A DNA stretch of 64,000 nucleotides. Source: an uncultured Gemmatimonadales bacterium (lineage in GTDB: Bacteria > Gemmatimonadota > Gemmatimonadetes > Longimicrobiales > RSA9). Both the position numbers and the translations under genes were made by a program. The notes beneath the pieces are model-generated. The model had not been told where the DNA came from. It made no database searches and saw nothing but the letters and a program-made list of their open reading frames with translations. Positions 19,066 through 28,743 of this stretch are shown in pieces (positions within the stretch are counted from its first letter, which is position 1; every line of letters begins with the position of its first letter). The stretch spans positions 4,704,001 through 4,768,000 of the forward strand of contig OY970192.1 of NCBI GenBank assembly GCA_963708135.1, given 5' to 3'.

Positions 19066-21453
19066 ATGAGAGCACGACGTCGTCATCTCGTCCTGGCAGC
19101 GCTCGCCGCGCTGACCCTGGGGGCGTGCGCCCCGGGGCCGCGGCAGGCGCTCGGGCCGGATGTGCGGCGCGAGCTCGACCGCGGGCGGGCGCTGGCGGAG
19201 CGGTGGAGCGTGGCGGGGCGGAGCCGCACGCCGATCCACACGGCCGACGCGGCCGCCGCCGCCTACCTGGAGCGGCTCCGGCTCGGGCTGGGCAGCCCGT
19301 TCCGGTTGATCGACTATGCGACGACGGACCCCCGGCTCTCTGCGGCGCAGCGCCGCGACCTGGGCTGGGCGCTGCTCGCGCGCGTGGTCGCCGGCGCCGA
19401 CTACGTCATCGAGCCGGCGGCGCTGGACCGGGCCGGCACCCCGGGCGTGGCGCCGGCGGGGACGGGGCGCTACCACCTGCGGCTGATCGAGAACGCGGTC
19501 CGCGAGGCGCGCGACCCGCGCGGGGGCGAGCTGGCGGTGCGGCTGGCCTACGGGCTGGCGGCAGCCGAGCGGAGCGTGGGCAGGGACGCGCCGCGGCTGG
19601 CGGCGGAGGCAGCCGCCCTGCTGCGGGACCGCGAGCTGGCGCGCATCGATGCCGACCGGCTCCTGCGGACGGCCAGCCGCCTGCACGAGGATCCGCTGAC
19701 GCTGCTGCCGCGCTGGCGGGCGGAGCGCCGCTTCCTCGTGGAGGCGCCGCCGCTGGAGAAGCTGCCGCAGGCGGTCGAGCGAGAGGCCATGGAGATGGCG
19801 CCGCGGCTGGCGGAATCGCTCAGGCTGCTCGCGCCGCGCCTGGCCGACCAGCCCGTGCAGCTGGAGACACCGGCGGCGGGCACGGCGCCGCTCCTCTCGC
19901 CCGCCGTGGCGCGGGAGCTAGCCGCGACGCCCGACAGCCTGCAGCTCCCGCCGGAGACGCCGATCGTCGTGGCCACCATGATCGAGCGGGAGCAGATCCT
20001 CGGGGCGGCGGATGCGCCGGCGACGGCGCGCACGGCGCGGCGTCGCTTCCTCGACCGGGCGACCGACGGCGAGCGCTACGCGGTCGAGCACGCCCGCGTG
20101 CTGGCCACGGATTCCACGAGCGCGGAGCTCCTGGCCCGGGTCACGCTCGCGGTGGCGACATCGCTGCGCAGCTACGCGCAGGAGGCGGTCTGGTGGCCCT
20201 CCTACGGTGGCCCGTCGGGGAGCGAGTTGCGCGACCGGCTGGGGCTGCGTGTCTCCTTCGACGCCGCCGTGCCGGCGCTCTGGCGCCCCTACTACCGCGG
20301 GATGCTGGCACGCGGGCTCGCCGACCTGCAGCGCGTGCTGCCCGCGCTCGACTTCCGCGGGCTGCGCGTGCGCTTCGGCCGCGCGCCGGCCGGCAGCACG
20401 GTCCTCGCGCTCCACGATCCGCAGCACCGCACGGTCTTCCTTCCGCCGGCCACGGGGGCGGGCACGATCGCGCACGAGTTCGCCCACGACCTCGACTACC
20501 AGGTGGCGGAGCGACGCTACGGGATCCGGGGCGACTACGCCACCGACTTCGCCACGCGCACCGAGCGCGGCCGGCTGGCCGCCTCCGTCACGGGGCTGAG
20601 CGGCGCCACGCTGGTGGCGCCCGCGCCCGGCGACCCGGCCGTGCCCGACCACGCCCACCGCCCGGCCGAGGTCTTCGCCCGCAGCATGGAGTGGTTCGTG
20701 GCGGTCTCGCTCGCCCGCGAGGGCCGCACGGACGGCTACCTCACCTCCGTCCAGGACGACATGCTGACCGGGTACGGGACCGTCGTCCCGCCCGATGTGA
20801 GCGGCGGGGCGGGACGGGCGCTGATCGAGATCCTGGATGACGTGGCCCCGGTCCACGCGGACACCCGCGCCTGGTTCCTCAAGGCGTACGGGCCCGACCG
20901 CGTGCTCACGCCCTTCGACCTGCTGCGCCGCGTGCTCGAGACGGCGCGGGTGCCCGGCCGCAGCCCCGAGACCCCCGCGCCCATCGCCTCGCCGGCGCCC
21001 GCGGCCGACTCCGCGGGCGGCGCCCCGCTCGAGCTGCCGTCGCTCACCGGCGCCGGCTACGCCTCGATCCGGCGCGCCAGGGACGCCGGGTTCGAGGCGA
21101 TCGACGCCTGGATCTGTGACGCGCCCGGCGCGGTCTACGACCGGGGGCTCGAGCAGGCGCGGCGTCGCCTGGTGACGCTGGCGGCGGGGGCACGGGCCCG
21201 CGGGCTGGCCCTGCGGATCGGTGGGCGGGTGGCCGGCACGCCCGGGCGCGACTGGGTGGCACGCGCCCTCTACGGCGCGCCCTGGCCGGGGGCGGCGCTC
21301 GACTCCGCCACCGTGGCCGTGCTCGACCCCGTCATCGCGGAGGCGCGGGCGATGGGCCGCTCGGACCTGCCGGATCCGGGACCCGGCTTCGGACTGGAGG
21401 AGGCGCCACGTCAGTGCGCGGCGCGGCCGTTCCCATCGCTCCGAGGCGACTGA
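19066..21453 (+). CDS. Large lipoprotein with HExxH zincin-like domain
   Basis: Lipobox LGAC after a basic/hydrophobic N-terminus; GTIAHEFAHDLDY and downstream EVFARS. Confidence 0.6.
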   Translation: MRARRRHLVLAALAALTLGACAPGPRQALGPDVRRELDRGRALAERWSVAGRSRTPIHTADAAAAAYLERLRLGLGSPFRLIDYATTDPRLSAAQRRDLGWALLARVVAGADYVIEPAALDRAGTPGVAPAGTGRYHLRLIENAVREARDPRGGELAVRLAYGLAAAERSVGRDAPRLAAEAAALLRDRELARIDADRLLRTASRLHEDPLTLLPRWRAERRFLVEAPPLEKLPQAVEREAMEMAPRLAESLRLLAPRLADQPVQLETPAAGTAPLLSPAVARELAATPDSLQLPPETPIVVATMIEREQILGAADAPATARTARRRFLDRATDGERYAVEHARVLATDSTSAELLARVTLAVATSLRSYAQEAVWWPSYGGPSGSELRDRLGLRVSFDAAVPALWRPYYRGMLARGLADLQRVLPALDFRGLRVRFGRAPAGSTVLALHDPQHRTVFLPPATGAGTIAHEFAHDLDYQVAERRYGIRGDYATDFATRTERGRLAASVTGLSGATLVAPAPGDPAVPDHAHRPAEVFARSMEWFVAVSLAREGRTDGYLTSVQDDMLTGYGTVVPPDVSGGAGRALIEILDDVAPVHADTRAWFLKAYGPDRVLTPFDLLRRVLETARVPGRSPETPAPIASPAPAADSAGGAPLELPSLTGAGYASIRRARDAGFEAIDAWICDAPGAVYDRGLEQARRRLVTLAAGARARGLALRIGGRVAGTPGRDWVARALYGAPWPGAALDSATVAVLDPVIAEARAMGRSDLPDPGPGFGLEEAPRQCAARPFPSLRGD

Positions 21454-21456
21454 GCC

Positions 21457-22185
21457 TCAGACGCCGTGGACGTCGGCGCCCCAGATGATCTTGTGGAGCT
21501 GGATCTGGTAGCGGACGGGGAGCCGGTCGTCGAGGATCCAGGCGGCGAGGTCGCGCAGGTCGAGGCTGTCCCAGACGGGTGAGAAGAGCAGGGCGCGGAG
21601 GGTGCCGTCCTGGATGCGCCGGTCGAGGCCGCGGCCGCGGATGACGCCGCGCGCCCATTCGTAGTCGGCGCGGTCGCGGAGAACGAACTTCAGCTCGTCG
21701 CCGGGACCGAGGTGGTCCAGGTTGGACCACAGGTTCCGCCCCACCTCGCCCGAGCCCGGGCACTTCAGGTCCATGATGCGGTGCGCGCGCGAGTCGAGGG
21801 GCGCGATGTCGATGGCGCCGGAGGTCTCGACCAGCACGGTGAAGCCGCGGTCGAGGAGCCGCTCCGCGAGCACGAAGGCGTTCCGGTGGATGAGGGGCTC
21901 TCCGCCCGTGATCTCGATGAGCCGGGTGCCGATCGCCTCGACGCGGGCGAGGATGTCGTCGAGGGCCAGCCGCTCGCCGCCGTAGAAGGCGTACTCCGTG
22001 TCGCACCAGGCGCAGCGGAGCGGGCAGCCGGTGAGGCGGACGAAGGTGCAGGGGAGCCCGGCCCAGGTGCTCTCGCCCTGGATGGAGTGGAAGATCTCCG
22101 TGACCCGCAGGAACGCCCGCCCGGCCTCCCGCTCGGCCGTCTCGCCCGCCTCGTGGCCGGCCTGCGCCGGCGCGCCGCCGCTCAC
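21457..22185 (-). CDS. queE: Radical SAM protein, 7-carboxy-7-deazaguanine synthase-like
   Basis: EIFHSIQGE, FVRLTGCPLRCAWCDT, ITGGEP, VETSG and QLHKIIW; GTG start overlaps the upstream TGA. Confidence 0.85.
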   Translation of the reverse strand: MSGGAPAQAGHEAGETAEREAGRAFLRVTEIFHSIQGESTWAGLPCTFVRLTGCPLRCAWCDTEYAFYGGERLALDDILARVEAIGTRLIEITGGEPLIHRNAFVLAERLLDRGFTVLVETSGAIDIAPLDSRAHRIMDLKCPGSGEVGRNLWSNLDHLGPGDELKFVLRDRADYEWARGVIRGRGLDRRIQDGTLRALLFSPVWDSLDLRDLAAWILDDRLPVRYQIQLHKIIWGADVHGV

Positions 22186-23135
22186 CGGTGGCCGTTGCCG
22201 CCCACGAGGAAGCCGAGCGGCGATTCCCGGAGCACGTTGTTCACGATGAAGAAGACGTTGGCCGGGCGTTCCGCCATGCGACGCATGAGGTAGGGGTACC
22301 AGGCGTCGCCGAACGGCACGTAGATGCGCACGTTGAAGCCGCTCTTCACGAGCCGCTGCTGGAGGTCGCGGCGCACGCCGTAGAGCATCTGGAACTCGAA
22401 GGCGGAGCGGTCGATGCCCGCCTCGGCCACGTGGTCCTCGGTGGCGCGGATCATCGCCTCGTCGTGCGTGGCGATGCCGGGGTAGGTGCCGTGGTCGAGC
22501 AGCTTCTTCATGAGCCGCACGAAGCTCGCATCGACGTCCGTCTTGTCGGGGTAGGCGACGCTCTTCGGCTCCTGGTACGCACCCTTGCAGAGCCGGACGC
22601 GCGCGCCGAGCTCGTTCAGCGCGTCGATGTCGGCGGCGCTGCGGTAGAGGTAGGACTGGATCACGACGCCGACGTTGCGATAGCCCTCCTCCCAGACGCG
22701 GTGGAAGAAGTGGAGCGTGCGCTCGGTGGTGTCGCTCCCCTCCATGTCGAAGCGGACGAACAGGTCGTGCGCGCGCGCCGCGTCGAGGATGCGGCCGGCG
22801 TTGTCCCGCAGGAAGGGCTCGTCGATCTCCTGCCCCATCTGCGTCAGCTTGACGGAGATGTTGGCGTCCAGCTTCTCCGCCGCGATGCGCTCGACGATGC
22901 CGAGCGCCACGTCCGCCGCGGCCCGCGCCTCCTCCCGCGTCGTCACCGCCTCGCCCAGGTAGTCCAGCGAGACGTGCATGCCCGCCTCGTTCAGCTCGCG
23001 GGCGACGCGCACCGCCTCGTCCAGCCGCTCTCCCGCGACGAAGCGCCGGGCCGCGGTGCGTGCGAACGGCGCGTGCGTGACGAGGCCGCGCGCCAGCCGG
23101 TTGTGGCTCAGGAACAGCAGGCCCTCGCGCAGCAT
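22182..23135 (-). CDS. Monofunctional proline dehydrogenase
   Basis: RFVAGE, DYLGE, SVKLTQ, DME, VRLCKGAY, ATHD, EFQMLYG and YLMRRMAERPAN. Confidence 0.95.
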   Translation of the reverse strand: MLREGLLFLSHNRLARGLVTHAPFARTAARRFVAGERLDEAVRVARELNEAGMHVSLDYLGEAVTTREEARAAADVALGIVERIAAEKLDANISVKLTQMGQEIDEPFLRDNAGRILDAARAHDLFVRFDMEGSDTTERTLHFFHRVWEEGYRNVGVVIQSYLYRSAADIDALNELGARVRLCKGAYQEPKSVAYPDKTDVDASFVRLMKKLLDHGTYPGIATHDEAMIRATEDHVAEAGIDRSAFEFQMLYGVRRDLQQRLVKSGFNVRIYVPFGDAWYPYLMRRMAERPANVFFIVNNVLRESPLGFLVGGNGHR

Positions 23136-23137
23136 GA

Positions 23138-23608
23138 TCAATCCTCCAGCTCCGCCCGCCGCCGCGCGATGGCGGCATCGAGCTCGGCCTTGACCTCGTA
23201 GAGGGAGAGCTCCATCACGGCCTGCCGGGCCTCCTCCTCGCTCCGGCCCCGGGACAGGTCGCCCGACTCCGTGTGCTCCATGATCCCCGCCCCGGTCGCT
23301 GCCCAGCGCAGGAACACGAGGAAGCCGACGAAGCGCCCATCCCCCTCCCCGCTGTCCTCCACATCCACGTCCACCGTGTAGGGCTGCCCGTCGCTCCCCT
23401 CGAACGCCGGCACGCGGTTGTGCCTGGCGACGTAGCCGCCGAGCGTCACGTCGCCCGCCGCGCTGGCCTGCTCGTCCGAGGGCGCGCGTCCCGCGAGCCC
23501 TTCGACGAGGTCCGGCGCCTCCGCCTCGTCCTCGTCCGCGGCGGCCTCGATCGCGCGCATCTCGAGGGCGTCGAGCAGGCTCTCGTCCGGCGTCTCGTTG
23601 TCTTCCAT
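23138..23608 (-). CDS. Conserved hypothetical protein (acidic)
   Basis: GGAGG-preceded ATG, host-like codon usage, ends 2 nt before the proline dehydrogenase start. Confidence 0.65.
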   Translation of the reverse strand: MEDNETPDESLLDALEMRAIEAAADEDEAEAPDLVEGLAGRAPSDEQASAAGDVTLGGYVARHNRVPAFEGSDGQPYTVDVDVEDSGEGDGRFVGFLVFLRWAATGAGIMEHTESGDLSRGRSEEEARQAVMELSLYEVKAELDAAIARRRAELED

Positions 23609-23761
23609 CGCGTGCGCCTCCGACCGATTCCGGGCCCCGGGGTTGCATGGTCCGGACCCCGCTGAAAGTGTATCCGGGCCGGGAGAGGGGGACAAGGTCG
23701 GGTGGGCATCTGCGCCCCGGGCCGGAGCGCGGGCGGCCGGGGGCGGACGGGGCCCGACGGC

Positions 23762-24000
23762 GAGAGTGGGGGAGTGGGGGAGTGGGGGACCGCGGCCGGC
23801 TGCCGCGAGCTCCTCCCATCACCGTGCGCGGCGACGCGCGCGACGCGCGCGGGTCCGCCGTGGATCTTCCGCTGCCGTGCGCGGCGCCCCGGCCGGCGCG
23901 GCGAGGACGCCGGCGCGCTCGGCGAAGGGCGCGGCGGGTGGAGGAGGGCCGGCCGGCGCGGCGGCCGGAGTCGTCGCTCCGGTCCCCCACTCTCCCACTC
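23762..24000. repeat. Dispersed ~240-bp element with GAGTGGGGGACC...GGTCCCCCACTC inverted ends
   Basis: Three GAGTGGGG octamers at the left end and complementary CCCCCACTCTCCCACTC at the right end; intergenic between divergent genes. Confidence 0.8.
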
Positions 24001-24082
24001 GGGCCGTGGGGAAGTCGCGGGCGCTTTGCCCGGCCTTCGACGAGGTCATAAGCTTCGACTCGACCATCGCGTGGGAGGAAAG

Positions 24083-25105
24083 ATGCGGGCGGCGGTATTC
24101 CACGAGTTCGGCGGTCCGGAGCAGGTCCGTCTCGAGGACGTCCCCACGCCGGAGCCGGGGCCGGGCGAGGTGCGCCTGGCGGTCCGGGCGGTGGGCATGA
24201 ACCACCTGGACGTGTGGGTGCGGCGGGGCCTTCCGGTGAATGCGCCGATGCCGCACATCGGCGGCGCGGACGCGGCGGGGGTCGTGGACGCGCTCGGGCC
24301 GGGGGTCGAAGGAATCGAGGTCGGTGCGCGGGTCGTCGTGAACCCGGGGCTGTCGTGCGGGCACTGCGCGTGGTGCCTGGCGGGCGAGCAGAGCCTGTGC
24401 GAGTCGTTCCGCATCCTCGGCGAGCACACGCAGGGTGCCTTCGCGGAGTATGTCGTGGTGCCGGTGGGCAACCTGTTCCCCATCCCGGAGGAGATGCCCT
24501 TCGAGGAGGCCGCCGCGGCACCGCTGGCGTTTCTCACGGCGTGGCGCGGTCTGATCGGCCGCGGGCGCCTGCGGGCCGGCGAGGACGTGCTGGCGACGGG
24601 CGCATCGGGCGGTGTCGCCACGGCGGCGGTCCAGATCGGCGCGCTCGCCGGTGCGCGCGTCTTCGCCGTGACGAGCACTCCGTACGTCGAGCGGGTACGG
24701 GCGCTCGGGGCCGACGTCGTCTACGATCGCGAGCGGGTGGATTACTCCCGCGAGGTCTGGCAGGCCACGGGCAAGCGGGGCGTGGACGTGATCCTCGATT
24801 CCGTGGGCCAGGCGACCTGGAAGCAGAACGTGCGCGCGCTGGCGCGGGGCGGGCGCCTGGTGGTCTACGGCGCGACGACGGGCCCGACGGCCGAGACCGA
24901 CTTGCGGCTGATCTTCTGGAAGCAGGTCGAGGTGATCGGCACGACCATGTCGAGCCGAACGGAATTCGAGACGGTGATGCGGCTCGTCGTCCGGGGCGCG
25001 CTGCATCCGGTCGTGGACGTGGTCCTGCCCCTCGAGCGGGCGGCGGACGCCCATGCCCGGCTCGAGGCCGGCGCACAGTTCGGCAACATCGTGCTGAAGC
25101 CGTGA
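24083..25105 (+). CDS. Zinc-binding dehydrogenase / quinone oxidoreductase (MDR)
   Basis: GGPEQ, NHLD, CGHCAWC....LC, GASGGVA and FGNIVL; GGAGG upstream. Confidence 0.9.
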   Translation: MRAAVFHEFGGPEQVRLEDVPTPEPGPGEVRLAVRAVGMNHLDVWVRRGLPVNAPMPHIGGADAAGVVDALGPGVEGIEVGARVVVNPGLSCGHCAWCLAGEQSLCESFRILGEHTQGAFAEYVVVPVGNLFPIPEEMPFEEAAAAPLAFLTAWRGLIGRGRLRAGEDVLATGASGGVATAAVQIGALAGARVFAVTSTPYVERVRALGADVVYDRERVDYSREVWQATGKRGVDVILDSVGQATWKQNVRALARGGRLVVYGATTGPTAETDLRLIFWKQVEVIGTTMSSRTEFETVMRLVVRGALHPVVDVVLPLERAADAHARLEAGAQFGNIVLKP

Positions 25106-25681
25106 GCGGGCCGGCCTCGAGCGGCGGCCCGGAGGAGACCGGCGGCAGCTGGCGGGAGCTGTCCCGCGACGTGGTGGGCGAGTTCGACATCTTCCGCGTC
25201 GAGCGGATCGTGGCCCGCTCGCCGCGCACCGGCGAGACGCACCCCTTCCACGTGCTGCGCGTCCCGGACTGGGTGAACGTCGTGGCCGTTCGCCGCCGAT
25301 GGCCGGATCATCATGGTCGAGCAGTACCGCCACGGGACGGGCGAGCGCACGCTGGAGTTCCCCTCCGGGATCATCGAACCGGGCGAGGACGCGTGCGCGG
25401 CCGGGCTCCGCGAGCTGGAGGAGGAGACGGGCTACTGCGCCGGCGGGTGCCGGCTCCTCGGCCGCGTGCAGCCGAACTCCGCGCTGCAGGACAACGAGCT
25501 GGCGGTGGTCAGCGCCTGGGGCTGCACCGCCACCGGGCGGACGGCGCTCGATCCCGGGGAGGACGTGACCGTGCATCTCTTCACCCCCGCCGAGGTCACG
25601 GCGCTGATCGAGAGCGGCCGGATCCGGCACGCGCTCGCGCTGATCACGTGGGGGCTGTATGAGCGGAGCCCGGCGAGGTGA
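25102..25681 (+). pseudogene. Nudix hydrolase (ADP-ribose pyrophosphatase-like), frameshifted near 25290
   Basis: N-terminal half (..[14 protein letters not shown]) and the Nudix box half (QYRHG...LEFPSG..E......RELEEETG) are in different frames; one extra base; may be a sequencing error. Confidence 0.7.
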
Positions 25682-25846
25682 GTGAGAGAGTGGGGGAGTG
25701 GGGGAGTGGGGGAGTGGGGGAGTGGGGGATGCGGCCGCCGGCGCGGCGTTCCGCCGGGGCGCGGGCGCGGCGCCGTTGCCGGCGCGCGCCAGCGCCACCG
25801 GGCCGTTGCTCGTCGCTCCGGCCTTCACACTCTCGCACTTCCCACC
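25680..25846. repeat. GAGTGGGG octamer run with a degenerate complementary end
   Basis: About five GAGTGGGG copies up to 25728 and CACACTCTCGCACTTCCCAC at ~25826-25845, between convergent genes. Confidence 0.7.
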
Positions 25847-25858
25847 CCGGCGCTTCGG

Positions 25859-26173
25859 CTACCTCTTCGTCCACCGCTCAGCGTCGCGCGTCCGGTACTT
25901 CTCCAGCACCTCGTCGAAGGCTGCCTCGAGATCGATCCCCTGCTCGTTGGCGAGGGCCACGAGCACGAAGAGGATGTCGGCCATCTCGAGGGCGAGGTCG
26001 GCGGCGGGCTCATCGGCCTTCTTCGGCTTGTGGCCGTAGCGGTGGTTCAGCTCGCGGGCGAGCTCGCCGACCTCTTCGACGAGCCGGGCGAGGTTGGAGA
26101 GCGGCGGCCAGTAGCCGTCCTCGAGCTGGCCGATCCACGCGTCCACCGCCCGCTGCGCTTCCGAGATCCTCAC
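25859..26173 (-). CDS. MazG-like nucleotide pyrophosphohydrolase
   Basis: LARLVEEVGELARE and EMADILFV..LAN..IDL motifs; GTGA overlap with the upstream gene. Confidence 0.9.
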   Translation of the reverse strand: MRISEAQRAVDAWIGQLEDGYWPPLSNLARLVEEVGELARELNHRYGHKPKKADEPAADLALEMADILFVLVALANEQGIDLEAAFDEVLEKYRTRDAERWTKR

Positions 26174-27300
26174 GCCTGCCTCCACGCCGCGAGCTCGCGC
26201 GCCACGAGGTCGATCTCGTCCTCCGTGTTGTAGAAGTGGGGCGAGATGCGGACGAGGCCCGGGCGCCAGTCCACGATGATGCCGCGCGCGGCGAGGTGCA
26301 CCACCGCGCCGGCGGGGTCCTCCTCCTCGACCATCACGATCGCGGAGCGGCGCTCCGGATCCGCGGCGCAGCGGAGGCGCAGCCCCACATCCCCCAGCGC
26401 CTCGATCAGCCGCTCCGTGAGGGCGGCGTTCCGTCTGCGAATGGCCGGCACGCCGATCTCGTCGATCACGTCCTGCCCGCCCAGCGCGAAGTGGACGCTC
26501 GGCAGCGATGGCGTGCCCATCTCGAAGCGGCGCGCGTCCTCCTTCGGCTCGTAGCGTGAGATATCGAAGGCGAACTGCTCGCGGGCGCCGAACCAGCCCC
26601 CGAGCGTCGGCACGAGCGTGGAGGCCAGCTCCTGCTGAAGCCAGAGGTAGGCGAGGCCGGGGCCGCCGAGGAGCCACTTGAGCGGCCCGGTGGTCAGGAT
26701 GTCCGCGCCGCTGGCGGGAGCATTCACGGGGATCTGCCCCACGCTCTGGTAGGCGTCCACGAGCAGCAGCGCGCCGCGGCGGTGGGCGATCTCGGCGAGC
26801 GCCGGCAGGTCCTGGATGGCTCCCGTGGTGAAGTAGACGTGGCTGGTGGCGAGGAGGGCGGTGCGCCCGTCCACGGCGTCGGCGAAGCGGGCCGGGTCGA
26901 TGGTGGTGCCATCGTCGCTCGGGACACGCACCACCTCGACGTCGGGCCGGGCCATCCAGGCATAGGCGAGGGTGGGAAAGTCGAGCTCGCCTACGACCAC
27001 GCGCGGCCGCCGGTGGTAGTCGAGCGCGGAGGCGACCGCGGCGAGCGCCACGGAGGTGGAGGGCGCGAGCGCGAGGGCGGCGGCGTCGCCTCCGAGCATG
27101 GCGGCCACGCGCGCGCGGAGCTCCGCGAGACGGCCGATCCACGTCTCGTACCATGCCGAGGCGCCGTGGGCACTCCACTCCTCCTCGAACGCCGCGACCC
27201 GTCGCGTCGCCCGGCGGCCGAGCGCGCCGAGCGAGCAGGAGTTGAGGTAGACGGTGTCCGCGAGGATGGGGAACTCGCTGCGCCAGTCGGTCCAGTCCAT
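26170..27300 (-). CDS. Aminotransferase class V (kynureninase/cysteine desulfurase-like)
   Basis: EFPIL..TVYLNS.SLG, DFPT, VDAYQSVG, KWLLGGPG and RISPHFYNT. Confidence 0.88.
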   Translation of the reverse strand: MDWTDWRSEFPILADTVYLNSCSLGALGRRATRRVAAFEEEWSAHGASAWYETWIGRLAELRARVAAMLGGDAAALALAPSTSVALAAVASALDYHRRPRVVVGELDFPTLAYAWMARPDVEVVRVPSDDGTTIDPARFADAVDGRTALLATSHVYFTTGAIQDLPALAEIAHRRGALLLVDAYQSVGQIPVNAPASGADILTTGPLKWLLGGPGLAYLWLQQELASTLVPTLGGWFGAREQFAFDISRYEPKEDARRFEMGTPSLPSVHFALGGQDVIDEIGVPAIRRRNAALTERLIEALGDVGLRLRCAADPERRSAIVMVEEEDPAGAVVHLAARGIIVDWRPGLVRISPHFYNTEDEIDLVARELAAWRQA

Positions 27301-27374
27301 GGCGGCAAGGTAGTGGACGGCTTTCGGGGGCGGCAAGCTCGCGGGATGGCCCCGCGCCGCCTACCTTTCAGGCC

Positions 27375-28589
27375 ATGGCGCCGCTTCTCGCCGCACTGCC
27401 GTGGATCCTGCTCGCCCTCCTGGCGACGCTGGCGTTCCGCCGCCGCCCGCGTCTCGCCGACTACCCGGCGCCGGCAGGCGGCGCGGGCGCGCCGACCGTC
27501 TCCGTCATCGTGCCGGCGCGCGACGAGGCGGAGAACATCGGGGCATGCGTCGCGACGCTCCTCGCCTCCGCCTACCCGGAGCGCGAGGTCATCGTCGTGG
27601 ACGACGGGAGCCGTGACGGCACCGCGGAAGTGGTGCGGGCGCTCGCGCAGCGCAGCGAGCGCGACGTGCGGGTGGTGGATGGGGCGCCGCTCCCGGAGGG
27701 CTGGTTCGGCAAGCCGTGGGCGTGCTGGCAGGGAGCGCGCGAGGCGAGCGGCGAGCTGCTCCTCTTCACCGATGCCGACACCCGGCACGACGACGACCTG
27801 CTCGGCCACGCCGTCGGCGCGATGGAGGCGGAGCGGGCGGACCTGCTGAGCGTCCTGCCGCACCAGCGGCTCGACAGCTTCTGGGAGCGGCTCGTCATGC
27901 CCCACGTGCTCACCCTCATCGCCATGCGCTACGCCGACCTCCGGCGGGTCAACCGCACCACCCGCGCGCGCGACGTCGTCGCCAACGGCCAGTTCATCCT
28001 GGTGCGCCGCGAGGCCTACGACGCCATCGGCGGCCACGAGGCGGTGCGCGGCGACGTCGTCGAGGACCAGCGACTGGCGCAGCGAATGGTCTCGGCGGGC
28101 CGCCGGATCTTCCTCGCCCACGCCGAGGAGCTGCTCGAGACGCGCATGTACCGTGGCCTGCGCGACCTCGTGGCCGGCTGGACGAAGAACCTGGCGACGG
28201 GCGCGCGCCACGCCGTCGCTCCGCCGCTGCGGCGGGCGATCCCCTGGCTCGTGGCCGCGACGCTGCTCCTGGTCTGGGTCGTGCCTCCGGCCGCGCTGGT
28301 CCTCTGGATCTTCGGGGCGACCCGCTCCGGCGTCGGGGCGTGGGCCCTCTGGGCCACCCTGGCGAGCATTGCCTTCTGGCTCATCTCGCTGGCCAGCATG
28401 AAGGTGCCTCCGAGATTCGCGCTGCTCTACCCGCTCGGCGCCCTCTGCGTGGCGGGCCTGTTCGTCCGGAGCGCGGTGCGCGGTGCGCGCATCACCTGGA
28501 AAGGACGCTCCTACGGCGCCCCGGCATCGCCGCGCGGCTCGCCGCCGCCGGGGTCCGCGCGTCCATCCGGAAACGCGCGCCGGCCTTGA
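27375..28589 (+). CDS. Glycosyltransferase family 2, membrane-bound (carotenoid glycosyltransferase-like)
   Basis: SVIVPARDE, VVDDGSRDGT, GW.GKPWAC, FTDAD, ANGQF, VED and C-terminal TM helices. Confidence 0.85.
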   Translation: MAPLLAALPWILLALLATLAFRRRPRLADYPAPAGGAGAPTVSVIVPARDEAENIGACVATLLASAYPEREVIVVDDGSRDGTAEVVRALAQRSERDVRVVDGAPLPEGWFGKPWACWQGAREASGELLLFTDADTRHDDDLLGHAVGAMEAERADLLSVLPHQRLDSFWERLVMPHVLTLIAMRYADLRRVNRTTRARDVVANGQFILVRREAYDAIGGHEAVRGDVVEDQRLAQRMVSAGRRIFLAHAEELLETRMYRGLRDLVAGWTKNLATGARHAVAPPLRRAIPWLVAATLLLVWVVPPAALVLWIFGATRSGVGAWALWATLASIAFWLISLASMKVPPRFALLYPLGALCVAGLFVRSAVRGARITWKGRSYGAPASPRGSPPPGSARPSGNARRP

Positions 28590-28743
28590 CGTTTCGTCGC
28601 GCAACGGCAATACATTCAGGTCGCAGTCGGGCCCTCTCCCCCACGACTGCCTACAATTTTGTATACGGACGCGCGATGCGGACGGTGCGCCAGACCGGCC
28701 ACCGCCCTCCCGCGAGGTTCCAGGGACAGGAGAGCCGCTGCTG

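Noticed and set aside
28586..28616. Sigma70 promoter TTGACG...TACATT upstream of the histidine kinase
   Set aside because: The 19-bp spacer is atypical; too weak to call.
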